NCBI GenBank assembly: GCA_963740355.1
Contig: CAVUDW010000003.1
Span: 864,001-928,000, forward strand
Direction of reading: 5' to 3'
Origin: an uncultured Gemmatimonadaceae bacterium
Lineage (GTDB): Bacteria; Gemmatimonadota; Gemmatimonadetes; Gemmatimonadales; Gemmatimonadaceae
Length of the DNA stretch: 64,000 bases
Position numbers and translations under genes: made by a program. The notes beneath the pieces are model-generated. The model saw only the letters and a program-made list of their open reading frames with translations, did no database searches and was not told the DNA's origin. Shown here in pieces: positions 30,094 to 39,137 of the stretch (its first letter is position 1; every line of letters begins with the position of its first letter).

Positions 30094-30888
30094 ATGCACT
30101 ACGTCCGTCACCAACAGCGGGATTCGATTCCGCTTGCCGCACCACTCCTGCTCGCCCTCGGATCGCTTGGGTTGTTCGCGATCGTCTGGCGTCGTACTAC
30201 TGCACCTCGCCTTGCGCAGCCGCGCGCCCGGCGCGTTCCGGCGGCGTCACCGTCCGCACCTGGCAGGCCGCAGTTCGTACCACGCGCACCCGCATCGCCC
30301 GAGGCGGTCGCCGCCGGTTCGCACCAGACCGCAGAGAGCGGCACGGGAGCGCTGGTGCATCGGCAATACGAGATCACACTCGAACTCCATCAGCTACTCC
30401 CGGCCGACATGCTGCGCCTGATGCAGCGACACATCACCGAGCTCGCGCCATCGGCGCTCGCGAACTTCGAGAAGACCGCCGGCTCCGAGACCATCTTTCG
30501 CGTCGGCGATGAATACGACATCACGATGCTGGGCCCGTGGAACGGCCGGGTTCGCGTCGCCGAACTGACACCGGACTCATTCACCCTCGTCACACTCGAC
30601 GGGCATCCTGAATCTGGGCACATCACCTTCAGCAGCAGGCACTCCGACGCACTCGACGGTTCCGTCACGGTGATGATCGAATCGTGGGCGCGTTCGCGGG
30701 ATGCTGTCGTGCACGCCGCGTACTCCACGCTCCGGATCGGCAAGCAGGTGCAGGCTGAAGTCTGGATCACCTTCCTCCAGCGCCTCAGCGCACTGGCCGG
30801 CGCGACCGAGACACCGCAGGTTCGCATCACGACCGAGGAGATTCCATCCGCAGCGCCAACCACCGAGCCCGCCGCACGTGACGCCTGA
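30094..30888 (+). CDS. Hypothetical protein, DUF1990-like
   Basis: FTLVTLDGHPESGHITF and IESWARS resemble DUF1990 (TL.GH.E.G...F). Confidence 0.6.
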   Translation: MHYVRHQQRDSIPLAAPLLLALGSLGLFAIVWRRTTAPRLAQPRARRVPAASPSAPGRPQFVPRAPASPEAVAAGSHQTAESGTGALVHRQYEITLELHQLLPADMLRLMQRHITELAPSALANFEKTAGSETIFRVGDEYDITMLGPWNGRVRVAELTPDSFTLVTLDGHPESGHITFSSRHSDALDGSVTVMIESWARSRDAVVHAAYSTLRIGKQVQAEVWITFLQRLSALAGATETPQVRITTEEIPSAAPTTEPAARDA

Positions 30889-31540
30889 GCGTGTGACTCT
30901 CAATGACAAGGTGACGCTCGACGATCGTGTGCTGGCGAGGCTGGTGGCGATCGCTGCGATGGAGCCGACCGTCGACCTGGCGAAGCGGGACAGCTACGTC
31001 GCAGCGGCGGGTTGGAACGTCGACTCACGCGAAGCCGCGTTGCTCTCCGAACTGCCTGGACCACCAGCGGCGGCAGGGCCATTCGTTGCCGCGCGCAGCA
31101 TCCTCGAACGATACGCCTTCCCGCCACGACGCCTGATTCGTGGCACATTCGATCCGGACGCACCACTGGACGGTCGCGCGATGCTGCTGACGGCGACCTT
31201 CCTCTGGATGACGTTCGAATTGCCCGTGAGGGTCAGTCGCGTGATCGACATGGTGCGCGATGGTGCTGCCGGTCCCGAGCAGGTGTGGGGCTACAGCTAC
31301 CAGACGCTCGCCGGTCATATCGAGCGAGGAGAAATCACGTTCGAAATCGTCAAACAGCTCGCAACGGGTGCGATCGCCTTTCGCATTCACTCGTTCTCGC
31401 AGACCGGCCACATCGCCAATCCGATTCATCGTATCGGCTTCCGTCTCGTCGGTCGGCGGCTGCAGCGCCGGTTCGCCGAAGAGTCATTGCACAACATGCA
31501 GTTGATGGTCGCAAGCAGCGTCGCTGACGCCTCGACGTAA
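30878..31540 (+). CDS. DUF1990 family protein
   Basis: WGYSYQTLAGHIERGEITF, FRIHSFS, LQRRF; GTG overlaps the previous gene. Confidence 0.7.
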   Translation: MTPERVTLNDKVTLDDRVLARLVAIAAMEPTVDLAKRDSYVAAAGWNVDSREAALLSELPGPPAAAGPFVAARSILERYAFPPRRLIRGTFDPDAPLDGRAMLLTATFLWMTFELPVRVSRVIDMVRDGAAGPEQVWGYSYQTLAGHIERGEITFEIVKQLATGAIAFRIHSFSQTGHIANPIHRIGFRLVGRRLQRRFAEESLHNMQLMVASSVADAST

Positions 31541-31788
31541 CACAGCGACACCACCGTGGAAGCTGCACGATCCATCCACGTCGAGCCACGAACACGTCGA
31601 GCAACGCGCAGACAACTCCGCGGGCCCCAGACGCCACAGAGCACACACCGCACGCGATCTCGGTAATCGCGACGGTGTGTGACTCGGTGTTTCACCAACG
31701 GTTCTGGGCCGACGGTTTTCTCGAGCGGTGTTCACCAGCAGGTGCAACCGTGGCGCACGACAATCCAGTCCACGCGCCGCCGGACGAT

Positions 31789-31965
31789 CTATGTGGAAAT
31801 CTTGCGCCCGGTCACCAGCCCGACCAGCAGCGCGATGACGGCAAAGACGACGAAGACCATGAACAGCGTCTTCGCAATGCCTGCCGAGGCAGACGCGATA
31901 CCGCCAAAGCCGAAAACGCCGGCGATGAGGGCCAGTACCAGGAATGAAAAAGCCCAGCGAAGCAT
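31789..31965 (-). CDS. DUF1328 (UPF0391/YtjA) small membrane protein, 58 aa
   Basis: Not in the ORF track. [35 protein letters not shown]... is the family signature; GGAG RBS. Confidence 0.9.
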   Translation of the reverse strand: MLRWAFSFLVLALIAGVFGFGGIASASAGIAKTLFMVFVVFAVIALLVGLVTGRKIST

Positions 31966-31979
31966 TTGTGTCTCTCCGT

Positions 31980-32216
31980 TCAGTGTTGATGCGTGTCGTT
32001 CTGGTACTTATCGAGATCGGCCTGGCGTGACTCGTACTCGGTCAATTCCTGCTCGACCTCATCCTTTGCCTTGCCATACCGCTTCTGGATCGCACCGATG
32101 AGCTGGTCACGCTTGCCCGCGATGACATCCATGTCGTCGTCGGTCAGCTTGCCCCACTGCTCGCGCAGCTTGCCCTTGGCGTCCTTCCAATTCCCTTCGA
32201 TGGTATCCCAGTTCAA
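31980..32216 (-). CDS. CsbD/YjbJ family stress protein
   Basis: TTG start after [33 protein letters not shown]...[15 protein letters not shown]. Confidence 0.92.
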   Translation of the reverse strand: MNWDTIEGNWKDAKGKLREQWGKLTDDDMDVIAGKRDQLIGAIQKRYGKAKDEVEQELTEYESRQADLDKYQNDTHQH

Positions 32217-32243
32217 GGAGACTCCTTGCAAGGGGTAAAAATC

Positions 32244-32358
32244 AAAAAAGCGCGACAGAGCACCCCAGCACGGGGACTCGATCACGCCTTCGACTGACTG
32301 GGCCTCAGCCCGATCCGTCAAGGATCCCTGAACGATCTCAGGGTATGTCGTGCAACAG
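32244..32358 (-). ncRNA. Putative structured ncRNA or leader, copy A
   Basis: Hairpin CCCTGA/TCAGGG, CCTTGACGGA, hairpin GGGC/GCCC, GTCAGTCGAAGGC, terminator plus T6. Ends are inferred. Confidence 0.6.
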
Positions 32359-32368
32359 CTTCTATACG

Positions 32369-32384
32369 TGCAAGATGCGTGCTC
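32369..32384 (-). promoter_or_regulatory. Sigma-54-like promoter GAGCACGCATCTTGCA
   Basis: GCAC-N5-TTGCA with correct spacing, but AG replaces GG in the -24 element. Confidence 0.45.
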
Positions 32385-32420
32385 GCGCCTCGCGTAGGAG
32401 TCGCGCGCAAAGAACCGAAC

Positions 32421-33140
32421 TCAGTTGTATTGCAACAGCAACTCCAGACGCTGACGCAGCTCCGCCAGTTGCTTCGACTTGAAGGCGTGCTTCGTCTCCT
32501 CGAGCACCTCGACCGTGTGCTGAATCGCGGCAGTCAGCTGCGAACCACGCGGGCAGTTCATGATCTGGCAGGCGTGCGCATCCACTGGTGTACCAGCCAG
32601 CGCACGTCCCAACTGCTCGAGATCAGTAAGCGATCCCATCACATTGCGGAGCGCGAGCGACAGGAAGGTGTCAGCACTTGGTGCACCGGGGCCACGCTGT
32701 GTGGCAAGCTGGTCGTACCGCTGCCGCATGTCGTTCAGCCGCAACTCCGCATCCTGCATCGAACGGAACGACCGGAAGCGCGTGACGGCTGCGTTGACAC
32801 GCTCCGCCAGCTCGGAGTACTGCACCGGCTTGGTCAGGTACGCCGCCACCGGCAGCTCGATGCTCGCCACCGCCGACCGAACACTGGGGAAACCGGTGAG
32901 GATGATTACCGGCAAGCCGCCACGCACCTGGGCCACCCGTCGCACCAGCGCGAGGTCGCTGTTTCCCGGCATCTCGAGATCGGTGATCAACAGGTCGAAC
33001 TGTTCATCCACGATCAACTCGAGTGCGCGAGAACCGTCGAGCGCCGTCTCGCACTCGTACCCATCGCGACGCAACAGGTCAGCGGTGGATTCGAGGAACG
33101 TCGGCTCGTCATCGGCAATCAGGATCCGGCCCCGCGTCAT
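32421..33140 (-). CDS. Response regulator (REC plus unrecognised helical C-terminus)
   Basis: ILIADDEP, DLLITDLEMPG, ILTG, YLTKP; ATGA overlap with the kinase. Confidence 0.88.
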   Translation of the reverse strand: MTRGRILIADDEPTFLESTADLLRRDGYECETALDGSRALELIVDEQFDLLITDLEMPGNSDLALVRRVAQVRGGLPVIILTGFPSVRSAVASIELPVAAYLTKPVQYSELAERVNAAVTRFRSFRSMQDAELRLNDMRQRYDQLATQRGPGAPSADTFLSLALRNVMGSLTDLEQLGRALAGTPVDAHACQIMNCPRGSQLTAAIQHTVEVLEETKHAFKSKQLAELRQRLELLLQYN

Positions 33141-35713
33141 GCTGTCACTCCAGGAACTGATGTCTCTGCAAGGGGAATCCTTGCGATGAACTCCGCGCCA
33201 CCACCGGCGGCATCGGCCACGTTAATGCTTCCACCGGCTGCATCAAGTGCGCGGCGGACCAGCGACAGCCCCAATCCCATGCCGCCGGTCGAGAGTTGCG
33301 ACGGCTTGGTGGAGACGAATGGGTCGAAAATTTCCTCGCGCAACTCACTTGGCACGCCCGGACCCATGTCGCTCACGCGAAGCACGAAGTCGGGACCGTC
33401 GATCCAGCCCTGCACCGACACCGTCGACCCGCGCGGCGACGCCTCGATGGCGTTCTGCACCAGGTTGTACACACATTGCCGAAGAATCGTGTTCGGCAGG
33501 CGCACGACCGCAGCGATGCCACCCATCTCCACCTCAATGCTAACACCGGTGTTGCGATTCACCTGCTCCAGGAAGGCAACCGCATCGCCCACCACCGTCT
33601 GCACCGGCGCGTTGGAGCTCGACTCGGTCTCCGGACGGTAGGTCTCATACAGCTGGCGCGTGACCTGGCTGATCCGCTCCACCTCACGCTCGATCGCTCC
33701 CACATACTTCACGTGCGGGTGGGTCGCCGGAATCGCATCCTTGATCAACAGGAATGCGCTCTGGATGCCGGCCAGCGGATTGTTGATTTCGTGTGCGATC
33801 CGCGCGGCCAACCGCCCCATGGTGCTCATGGTCTCCGCTTGCCGGAGGGATTCCTCGGCGTGGCGACGATCGGTCACGTCAGCGAACATGCCAAGCAGGC
33901 GCATCGGCGTGCCCTCCGGCGAATAGAGCACCACCCGTCCGCGATCGAGGAAATCGTGCCATCGGCCCGCTGCGCTTTTCACGCGGTACTGCGCGTCGAA
34001 GGCATCCACGCGTCCAGCCAGATGATCCGCGATGCGTGCCTCGACCCCCGGTCGATCCTGCGGATGAATCAGTGCCAGCCAGTCGGACATCCGCCGCAAG
34101 GCGGCACCACTGCCATACCCCAATCGCACCCAGAGCTGCGGTGATCGCGTCACGACACCACTCAACAGGTCCCACTCCCACAATCCGTCCGTCGTCGACT
34201 GCAGCGCGCGATCGAGTGCCGCGCGCTCCTCGCGACGTGCCGTTTCCGACACTGATTGCGCCAGCCGCAGTGCGATCGCCAGCAGCACCGACACCGCGAT
34301 CCCAAGCAGGAGCACGAAATCACTCAAGCTGGAGGGCGTCACGGCTGCGGTGCGCGCCGACGGCCACACGCCGAGTTCCCATTCCGGCCCGCCGCGGATG
34401 ACCGCCTCGCGCACCAGGTGATGCAGACCACCGGCTGCTGCTGCCGGCGCCGACGCGCGAAACCACGCGCCCTGCTTTCCGATCGCCATCTCGAAGCCGA
34501 GCACTGTGTCGGCCAGCACGGTGCCGAGCAGCGTCCTCGAATCGACGAGGGCCACGAATATAGCGCTGCAGTCGGTGGCAACGCATCGCGGAATCACCAT
34601 CAGCGCACGGGAAGGATCACCGTGCAATGGGATGAATCGTGCCTTGCCCGTGATGTCCGCCCGAATCTGCGGCGCGAGCGGTCGGACAGTGACGTCGATC
34701 GTGTCGAGCATTCCTCCGCGCGCGCCGTTGTTGGCCGCCAACCGCTGGCCTTCACGATCCGTCCACACCATCGCCTCGAGCCCGCCGATGTCATCCACGA
34801 TCTGCGCCGACACAGCGCTCCATCGCGCGTCGGGCGCCTGGCTGTAGCGCGCCTGTCGTTGCAGGCTACGCTGCGCGACCATCAGCTGGCGGATCACCGC
34901 CGAGCGTGTGGCTCGTGCGGCGACTCGCGTCTGCTGGCTGAGGAGTCGGTCCTCGCTCAGCAAAAGGGCGCGCCAAAGCAGGAGGACTGTGACGAGTGAC
35001 CCCGCCCCAACCGAGAGTGGAAGCCATGCAGGCGGCGGCGAGAAGCCCGCTTCCTTGGTCCAGACGAGCGCATTGAAATGTGTCGCGAAGACGATCGCGC
35101 AGACCGTCGACTGCAGCGACGACCCAAGCAACGGCCCGTACTCCAAGCCATCCAGGAAACCCATCAGCTGACCGACGATCACTGTCGTGGCGAGGAGCAT
35201 GACGATCCCCCCAGAGGCCGACAGAATGATCGACGACCAGAGTCCCCGGCGACGCGACACGATCGCGAGCAGACCAACACCCCCAAGGGTCACGAAGACC
35301 GCGCTCGATAACGCTACCTGCCCAGGCATTTCGCCGTGCCAGTTCGCGTGCGCGGGCGACGGAATCTGCGCCAGGGCCGTCCACAACCAGTCGATCCCCT
35401 GCGCGTGCTGGAGGGCAATCGTCCCCAGCACGATCGCGATCACTCCGCAGACCTGTGCGATCCGCTGCCGCGAAGGGAACGGTGACGCATACAGGCCGGC
35501 TCCAACGAACAGCAGCCCGAGTGCCGGCATCACGCGCAACGGCGGGAAGGCGTCGAAGGGCTGCATCAACCACGCGACGTCCAGCACCCAGCCAAGCAGC
35601 GCCACGGCGGCCGTCGCGATCAGTAGCAACGCCACCGACCGCGACGCACTCGCCGTCACGAAGGCTCGCATCACTACGAGCACCTTCGGACGATACGAGG
35701 TGGCGCGTGCCAC
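33137..35713 (-). CDS. Multi-TM PAS sensor histidine kinase
   Basis: Multiple N-terminal TMs, extracytoplasmic segment, PAS (DGLWEWD...IHPQDR), IAHEINNPL, NLVQNA, DMGPG, GMGLGL. Start may be ATG 35671. Confidence 0.9.
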   Translation of the reverse strand: MARATSYRPKVLVVMRAFVTASASRSVALLLIATAAVALLGWVLDVAWLMQPFDAFPPLRVMPALGLLFVGAGLYASPFPSRQRIAQVCGVIAIVLGTIALQHAQGIDWLWTALAQIPSPAHANWHGEMPGQVALSSAVFVTLGGVGLLAIVSRRRGLWSSIILSASGGIVMLLATTVIVGQLMGFLDGLEYGPLLGSSLQSTVCAIVFATHFNALVWTKEAGFSPPPAWLPLSVGAGSLVTVLLLWRALLLSEDRLLSQQTRVAARATRSAVIRQLMVAQRSLQRQARYSQAPDARWSAVSAQIVDDIGGLEAMVWTDREGQRLAANNGARGGMLDTIDVTVRPLAPQIRADITGKARFIPLHGDPSRALMVIPRCVATDCSAIFVALVDSRTLLGTVLADTVLGFEMAIGKQGAWFRASAPAAAAGGLHHLVREAVIRGGPEWELGVWPSARTAAVTPSSLSDFVLLLGIAVSVLLAIALRLAQSVSETARREERAALDRALQSTTDGLWEWDLLSGVVTRSPQLWVRLGYGSGAALRRMSDWLALIHPQDRPGVEARIADHLAGRVDAFDAQYRVKSAAGRWHDFLDRGRVVLYSPEGTPMRLLGMFADVTDRRHAEESLRQAETMSTMGRLAARIAHEINNPLAGIQSAFLLIKDAIPATHPHVKYVGAIEREVERISQVTRQLYETYRPETESSSNAPVQTVVGDAVAFLEQVNRNTGVSIEVEMGGIAAVVRLPNTILRQCVYNLVQNAIEASPRGSTVSVQGWIDGPDFVLRVSDMGPGVPSELREEIFDPFVSTKPSQLSTGGMGLGLSLVRRALDAAGGSINVADAAGGGAEFIARIPLAETSVPGVTA

Positions 35714-35787
35714 GATCTCCCGGACGGTTGGACGGTTCAGCGATGCTCCCGGTATCTACGACAAGGACAGCGCGCGGGCCCTGCGGG

Positions 35788-36282
35788 CTACGCCACTGCA
35801 TCAGACCACTCGGCAAGAGGAGCGGACGACACTGCGCCGAACTGCAATGCCCGTGACCCGATCCGCGCCAGCGACTCCTCCAGCACATGCACCGATCGCT
35901 CGACATGTGCCTGACGTGCGAAGCGGAGCGCAAAGCTGCACGATCCCATCAGGAACACCTGCGCCTGCTGCAGCACGCGGATGATCTCCTGATCACGCGC
36001 CACCGACGCGGCACGGTCGCGCAAGGCCGTCAGGGACCGGAACAGCGTGCGAGTGAGATCGCCATCGGTCCGATCACGCCGAACGAGCACGTCACCAAGA
36101 ATACCATCCAGGTGCGCCAGATGTTCGGCGATTGCGGCCTCGAACCCAGCCACGATCTCAGCGCGCTGCTTGGACACCAGCAAACTCCGGAACACCGGCA
36201 GCGTCACGAACAGCGAAATGCTGCCATCATGCAGCTCCGCGAGCTCCTCGGCGAACTGCCCATTTACTGTTGCATCAGCCAT
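35788..36282 (-). CDS. Degenerate ferritin-like (DUF892/YciF-like) protein lacking metal ligands
   Basis: GGAG RBS; near-gapless by-eye alignment to the YciF at 39138 (see findings). Confidence 0.65.
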   Translation of the reverse strand: MADATVNGQFAEELAELHDGSISLFVTLPVFRSLLVSKQRAEIVAGFEAAIAEHLAHLDGILGDVLVRRDRTDGDLTRTLFRSLTALRDRAASVARDQEIIRVLQQAQVFLMGSCSFALRFARQAHVERSVHVLEESLARIGSRALQFGAVSSAPLAEWSDAVA

Positions 36283-36683
36283 GGCTGCTCCACGTCGGCC
36301 CAGGCACGCAGAACGCCCTTGGCCGTGAAAATGAAAAGCGCGCGCGACTCCATTGCGATGGAATCGCCCGCGCCTTCAACTGACGAGCCCAAGTCTCGTC
36401 CGCCAAGTGTACCCGCTCAGAATTCTTCCGGCAGGTCAGAAAACAAGTAATAGGGCGCGATTCCGCGGCGCAAGCAGCCAAGTCCTTCCGGACTCGCCTC
36501 TCGCGCCCTGCGCAACAATCCCGGCGAAATATCAGGTCACCGCGTCACCGGCGTCGCCGTCCGCGACTCGGCATCGCGACCGCGGTTCGAGCATGCGTAT
36601 GCCAGCATCGCGACCAGGACCAGGCCAGCCGCAGGGAGCATCATGCGTGTCTTCATGGGAAATCAGCCTCCAGATTCGCGCAC

Positions 36684-36789
36684 AAAAAAGGCGACGACTG
36701 ACCTGACGGTCAGGAATCGCCTCCAACTCGCGGATCGCCTTCTCCGCGCGAAAAGGTCATGCCAACGCCCGCGTGCACCACGCAGACAC
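36684..36789 (-). ncRNA. Putative structured ncRNA, copy B
   Basis: 5' hairpin GTCTGCGTG/CACGCGGGC, CCTTTTCG, hairpin CGCGGA/TCCGCG, AGTTGGAGGC, terminator AGGCGA..CTGACC/GGTCAG..TCGCCT plus T-run. Confidence 0.6.
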
Positions 36790-36799
36790 ATCAGGATTT

Positions 36800-36815
36800 T
36801 GCATCAACCATGCCA
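36800..36815 (-). promoter_or_regulatory. Putative sigma-54 promoter TGGCATGGTTGATGCA
   Basis: Exact GG-N10-GC; the predicted +1 (~36789) coincides with the start of the 5' hairpin of copy B. Confidence 0.65.
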
Positions 36816-36831
36816 ACGGTCACCACCTGTC

Positions 36832-36847
36832 CGGCGCGCTTCGTGCA
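36832..36847 (+). promoter_or_regulatory. Putative sigma-54 promoter CGGCGCGCTTCGTGCA
   Basis: GG-N10-GC, back-to-back with 36800-36815, about 90 bp upstream of ATG 36939. Confidence 0.4.
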
Positions 36848-36938
36848 CCGGCATCATACGTCGCGCGATGTGTCACGACGCGCGCATATCGTCGCAGTGT
36901 CGAAGTCAGCGCAGAAGAATCTTTCGAGTGAGGTAGAT

Positions 36939-37487
36939 ATGTCAGACAACAACGCCACCGCCGTTAACGCACAGCATGATCCGCAGGATGATGCACAGCT
37001 TCGCCTGCGCGAACTGATCAGCGGAATGCGAATCGCGATGGCAACCACCATTGCCGCCGACGGCGAGTTGCACAGCCGACCGATGTATGCGCAGGACGCC
37101 ACCGCCGATGGCGACCTCTGGTTCGCCACATCGCGCTCGTCCTCGATGGTGAAGGAGTTGCGCAACCGCTCGACGATCCATGTCACCTTTTCCGACACCG
37201 ACAAGCAGCGATACGTCGTGCTTCGCGGCGAGGGATTCGTCCGTCACGATGCAGCCAAGATCGAGGAGCTGTGGAATCCGGCCATGAAGGCGTGGTTCCC
37301 CGGCGGCCCATCGGACCCGGACCTCACCCTTGTGCGTGTCGAGGCGATGAGTGCCGAGTACTGGGATTCACCCAGCGCGCCGGTACGCTGGCTTCAGTTC
37401 GTGAAGGCCCTGGCGACCGGTAGCCGGCCACAAGGTGGCGGCCATGTCACGCTCGACACGATCGACTCTGGGCTCGCCGGCAAGTGA
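36939..37487 (+). CDS. General stress protein 26-like / pyridoxamine 5'-phosphate oxidase family FMN-binding protein
   Basis: GAGG RBS; LHSRPM, GDLWFAT, LWNPAMKAWFPGGPSDPDL, AEYWDS. Confidence 0.88.
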   Translation: MSDNNATAVNAQHDPQDDAQLRLRELISGMRIAMATTIAADGELHSRPMYAQDATADGDLWFATSRSSSMVKELRNRSTIHVTFSDTDKQRYVVLRGEGFVRHDAAKIEELWNPAMKAWFPGGPSDPDLTLVRVEAMSAEYWDSPSAPVRWLQFVKALATGSRPQGGGHVTLDTIDSGLAGK

Positions 37488-37569
37488 TCGAGCATTCCGA
37501 CGTCCGCGTCGCAATCGAGCGCGCGGCCGCGCACCAATTCCAGCAAGGCACAACATCGTGAAAGCTCCA

Positions 37570-38769
37570 ATGAACCTGCATTCGGGAACGCCGTTCTGGC
37601 TGGTCAAGAATGGCGTGTGCCCAAGCCGCACCGCGCTCAACGCGTCCGAGACATGCGATGTGGCGATCATCGGTGCCGGTATCACCGGAGCGCTCCTCGC
37701 CGACTCGCTGACGCGGGCGGGCCTCGACGTCGTCGTGCTCGACCGACGTGAATCGGGGGGCGGCAGCACCAGTGCCAGCACCGCACTGCTGCAGTATGAA
37801 ATCGACATCGAGTTGCTGGCCCTCGGTGAGCACATCGGCAAGGATCAGGCATCGCGCGCCTATGTCGCGTCCGCCAAGGCGGTCGAGACCCTCGGCACGC
37901 TGGCCATCGAGCTTGGAGGATGTGACTTCCAGGCGCGATCGAGCCTCTACCTCGCCTCGACGCGAAAGGATGCCGACCGGCTGGAGCAGGAAGCGGTGGC
38001 CCGTGCCGCCATCGGAATTCCAGTGCAGTGGTGGTCGAAGAAGGAGGTGAAGTCGCGCTACGGTTTCGCATCCTTCGGAGCCATCCGCAGCGCACAGGCT
38101 GCCGAGATCGATGCCCTGCAAATGTGCCGGGCGCTGCTGGAGCGCGCCCAGGGACGCGGCGCGCGGTGGTACGAGCAAACCGGTGTGACGGCGTATGAGG
38201 AACGGGGTGCCGGTGTACGCCTGTTCACCGCCAACGGTGAAACGATCAACGCCAAGCTCATCGTCTGCGCCACTGGATACGATGTGCCAGCGTTCCTCAA
38301 GCAGGATCGCTGCACACTCCACAGCACCTACGCCCTGGCGACGCATCGCCTGCCGAGCTTCGGACCGTGGGACGATCGCTGTCTGGTGTGGGAGTCCGCG
38401 CGGCCTTACTGCTACCTCCGCACGACCAGTGACCGCCGCATCATCATCGGCGGCGAGGATGTGCCATTCCGCGACGCCGCATGGCGTGATCGCCTGCTAC
38501 CGGGCAAGACGCAGAAGCTGGAGCAACGGCTGCAGCGCCTGCTCCCCGACCTCGAGACCGAGACGGCATTCGAATGGGCAGGCACCTTTGCGGAGACGAA
38601 AGATGGCCTGCCGTACATCGGTCGCGATGAACGGTACCCCGGCGTGCTCTTCGCACTCGGCTACGGCGGCAATGGAATCACGTTCAGTGCGATCGCGGCC
38701 GACCTGCTCACCGCAGAATGTCGCGGTGAGACATCAGCAGACGCCGATCTCTACAGAATGACACGCTAG
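37570..38769 (+). CDS. FAD-dependent oxidoreductase (DAO/glycine oxidase-like)
   Basis: IIGAGITG, GSTSASTALLQYEID, WAGTFAETKDGLPYIG, GYGGNGITFS. Confidence 0.88.
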   Translation: MNLHSGTPFWLVKNGVCPSRTALNASETCDVAIIGAGITGALLADSLTRAGLDVVVLDRRESGGGSTSASTALLQYEIDIELLALGEHIGKDQASRAYVASAKAVETLGTLAIELGGCDFQARSSLYLASTRKDADRLEQEAVARAAIGIPVQWWSKKEVKSRYGFASFGAIRSAQAAEIDALQMCRALLERAQGRGARWYEQTGVTAYEERGAGVRLFTANGETINAKLIVCATGYDVPAFLKQDRCTLHSTYALATHRLPSFGPWDDRCLVWESARPYCYLRTTSDRRIIIGGEDVPFRDAAWRDRLLPGKTQKLEQRLQRLLPDLETETAFEWAGTFAETKDGLPYIGRDERYPGVLFALGYGGNGITFSAIAADLLTAECRGETSADADLYRMTR

Positions 38770-38783
38770 ATCGCGCAAACGTC

Positions 38784-38799
38784 TGGCGCAGTATTTGCA
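38784..38799 (+). promoter_or_regulatory. Putative sigma-54 promoter TGGCGCAGTATTTGCA
   Basis: Near-consensus TGGCAC-N5-TTGCA with exact spacing. Confidence 0.7.
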
Positions 38800-38809
38800 C
38801 TCTCCTCGA

Positions 38810-38995
38810 TACCAACAGTGACAGACACGACGCCGACCTGATATACCGCGCGTCGTTGAAACACGAGACCGAAGCAGGTCTCACCATTGACGACAGATCC
38901 GGTTCCGCCGCGTCTGTTTCCTTGTCGCTCGAGTCGAAGGCTCGAGAGATGAAGGCGCGAACGGTGCCCCGGTGCCGACTCGCGCCTTCTTGTTT
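38810..38995 (+). ncRNA. Putative structured ncRNA or leader, copy C
   Basis: Several 5' hairpins, CCTTGTCG (38920-38927), hairpin CTCGAG/CTCGAG, AGATGAAGGC, terminator GAAGGCGCGA/TCGCGCCTTC plus TTGTTT. Confidence 0.55.
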
Positions 38996-39137
38996 CCGGG
39001 CATCGAGCCCGGCAATTCGGACGCGGATGCACATGGTATCCCGTCCGTACACCACGCACCTCGTCGGTACCTCGGTACGCGACGCGATGCGCAGAGTCTG
39101 CGCCTGCGAAGGCGGCGCAGCATGGAGGATCGACACG

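Noticed and set aside
38856..39137. N-terminal extension of YciF (and of GSP26 at 36759 and CsbD at 32321)
   Set aside because: Strong RBSs mark the downstream starts, and the extensions cross promoters, hairpins or terminators.
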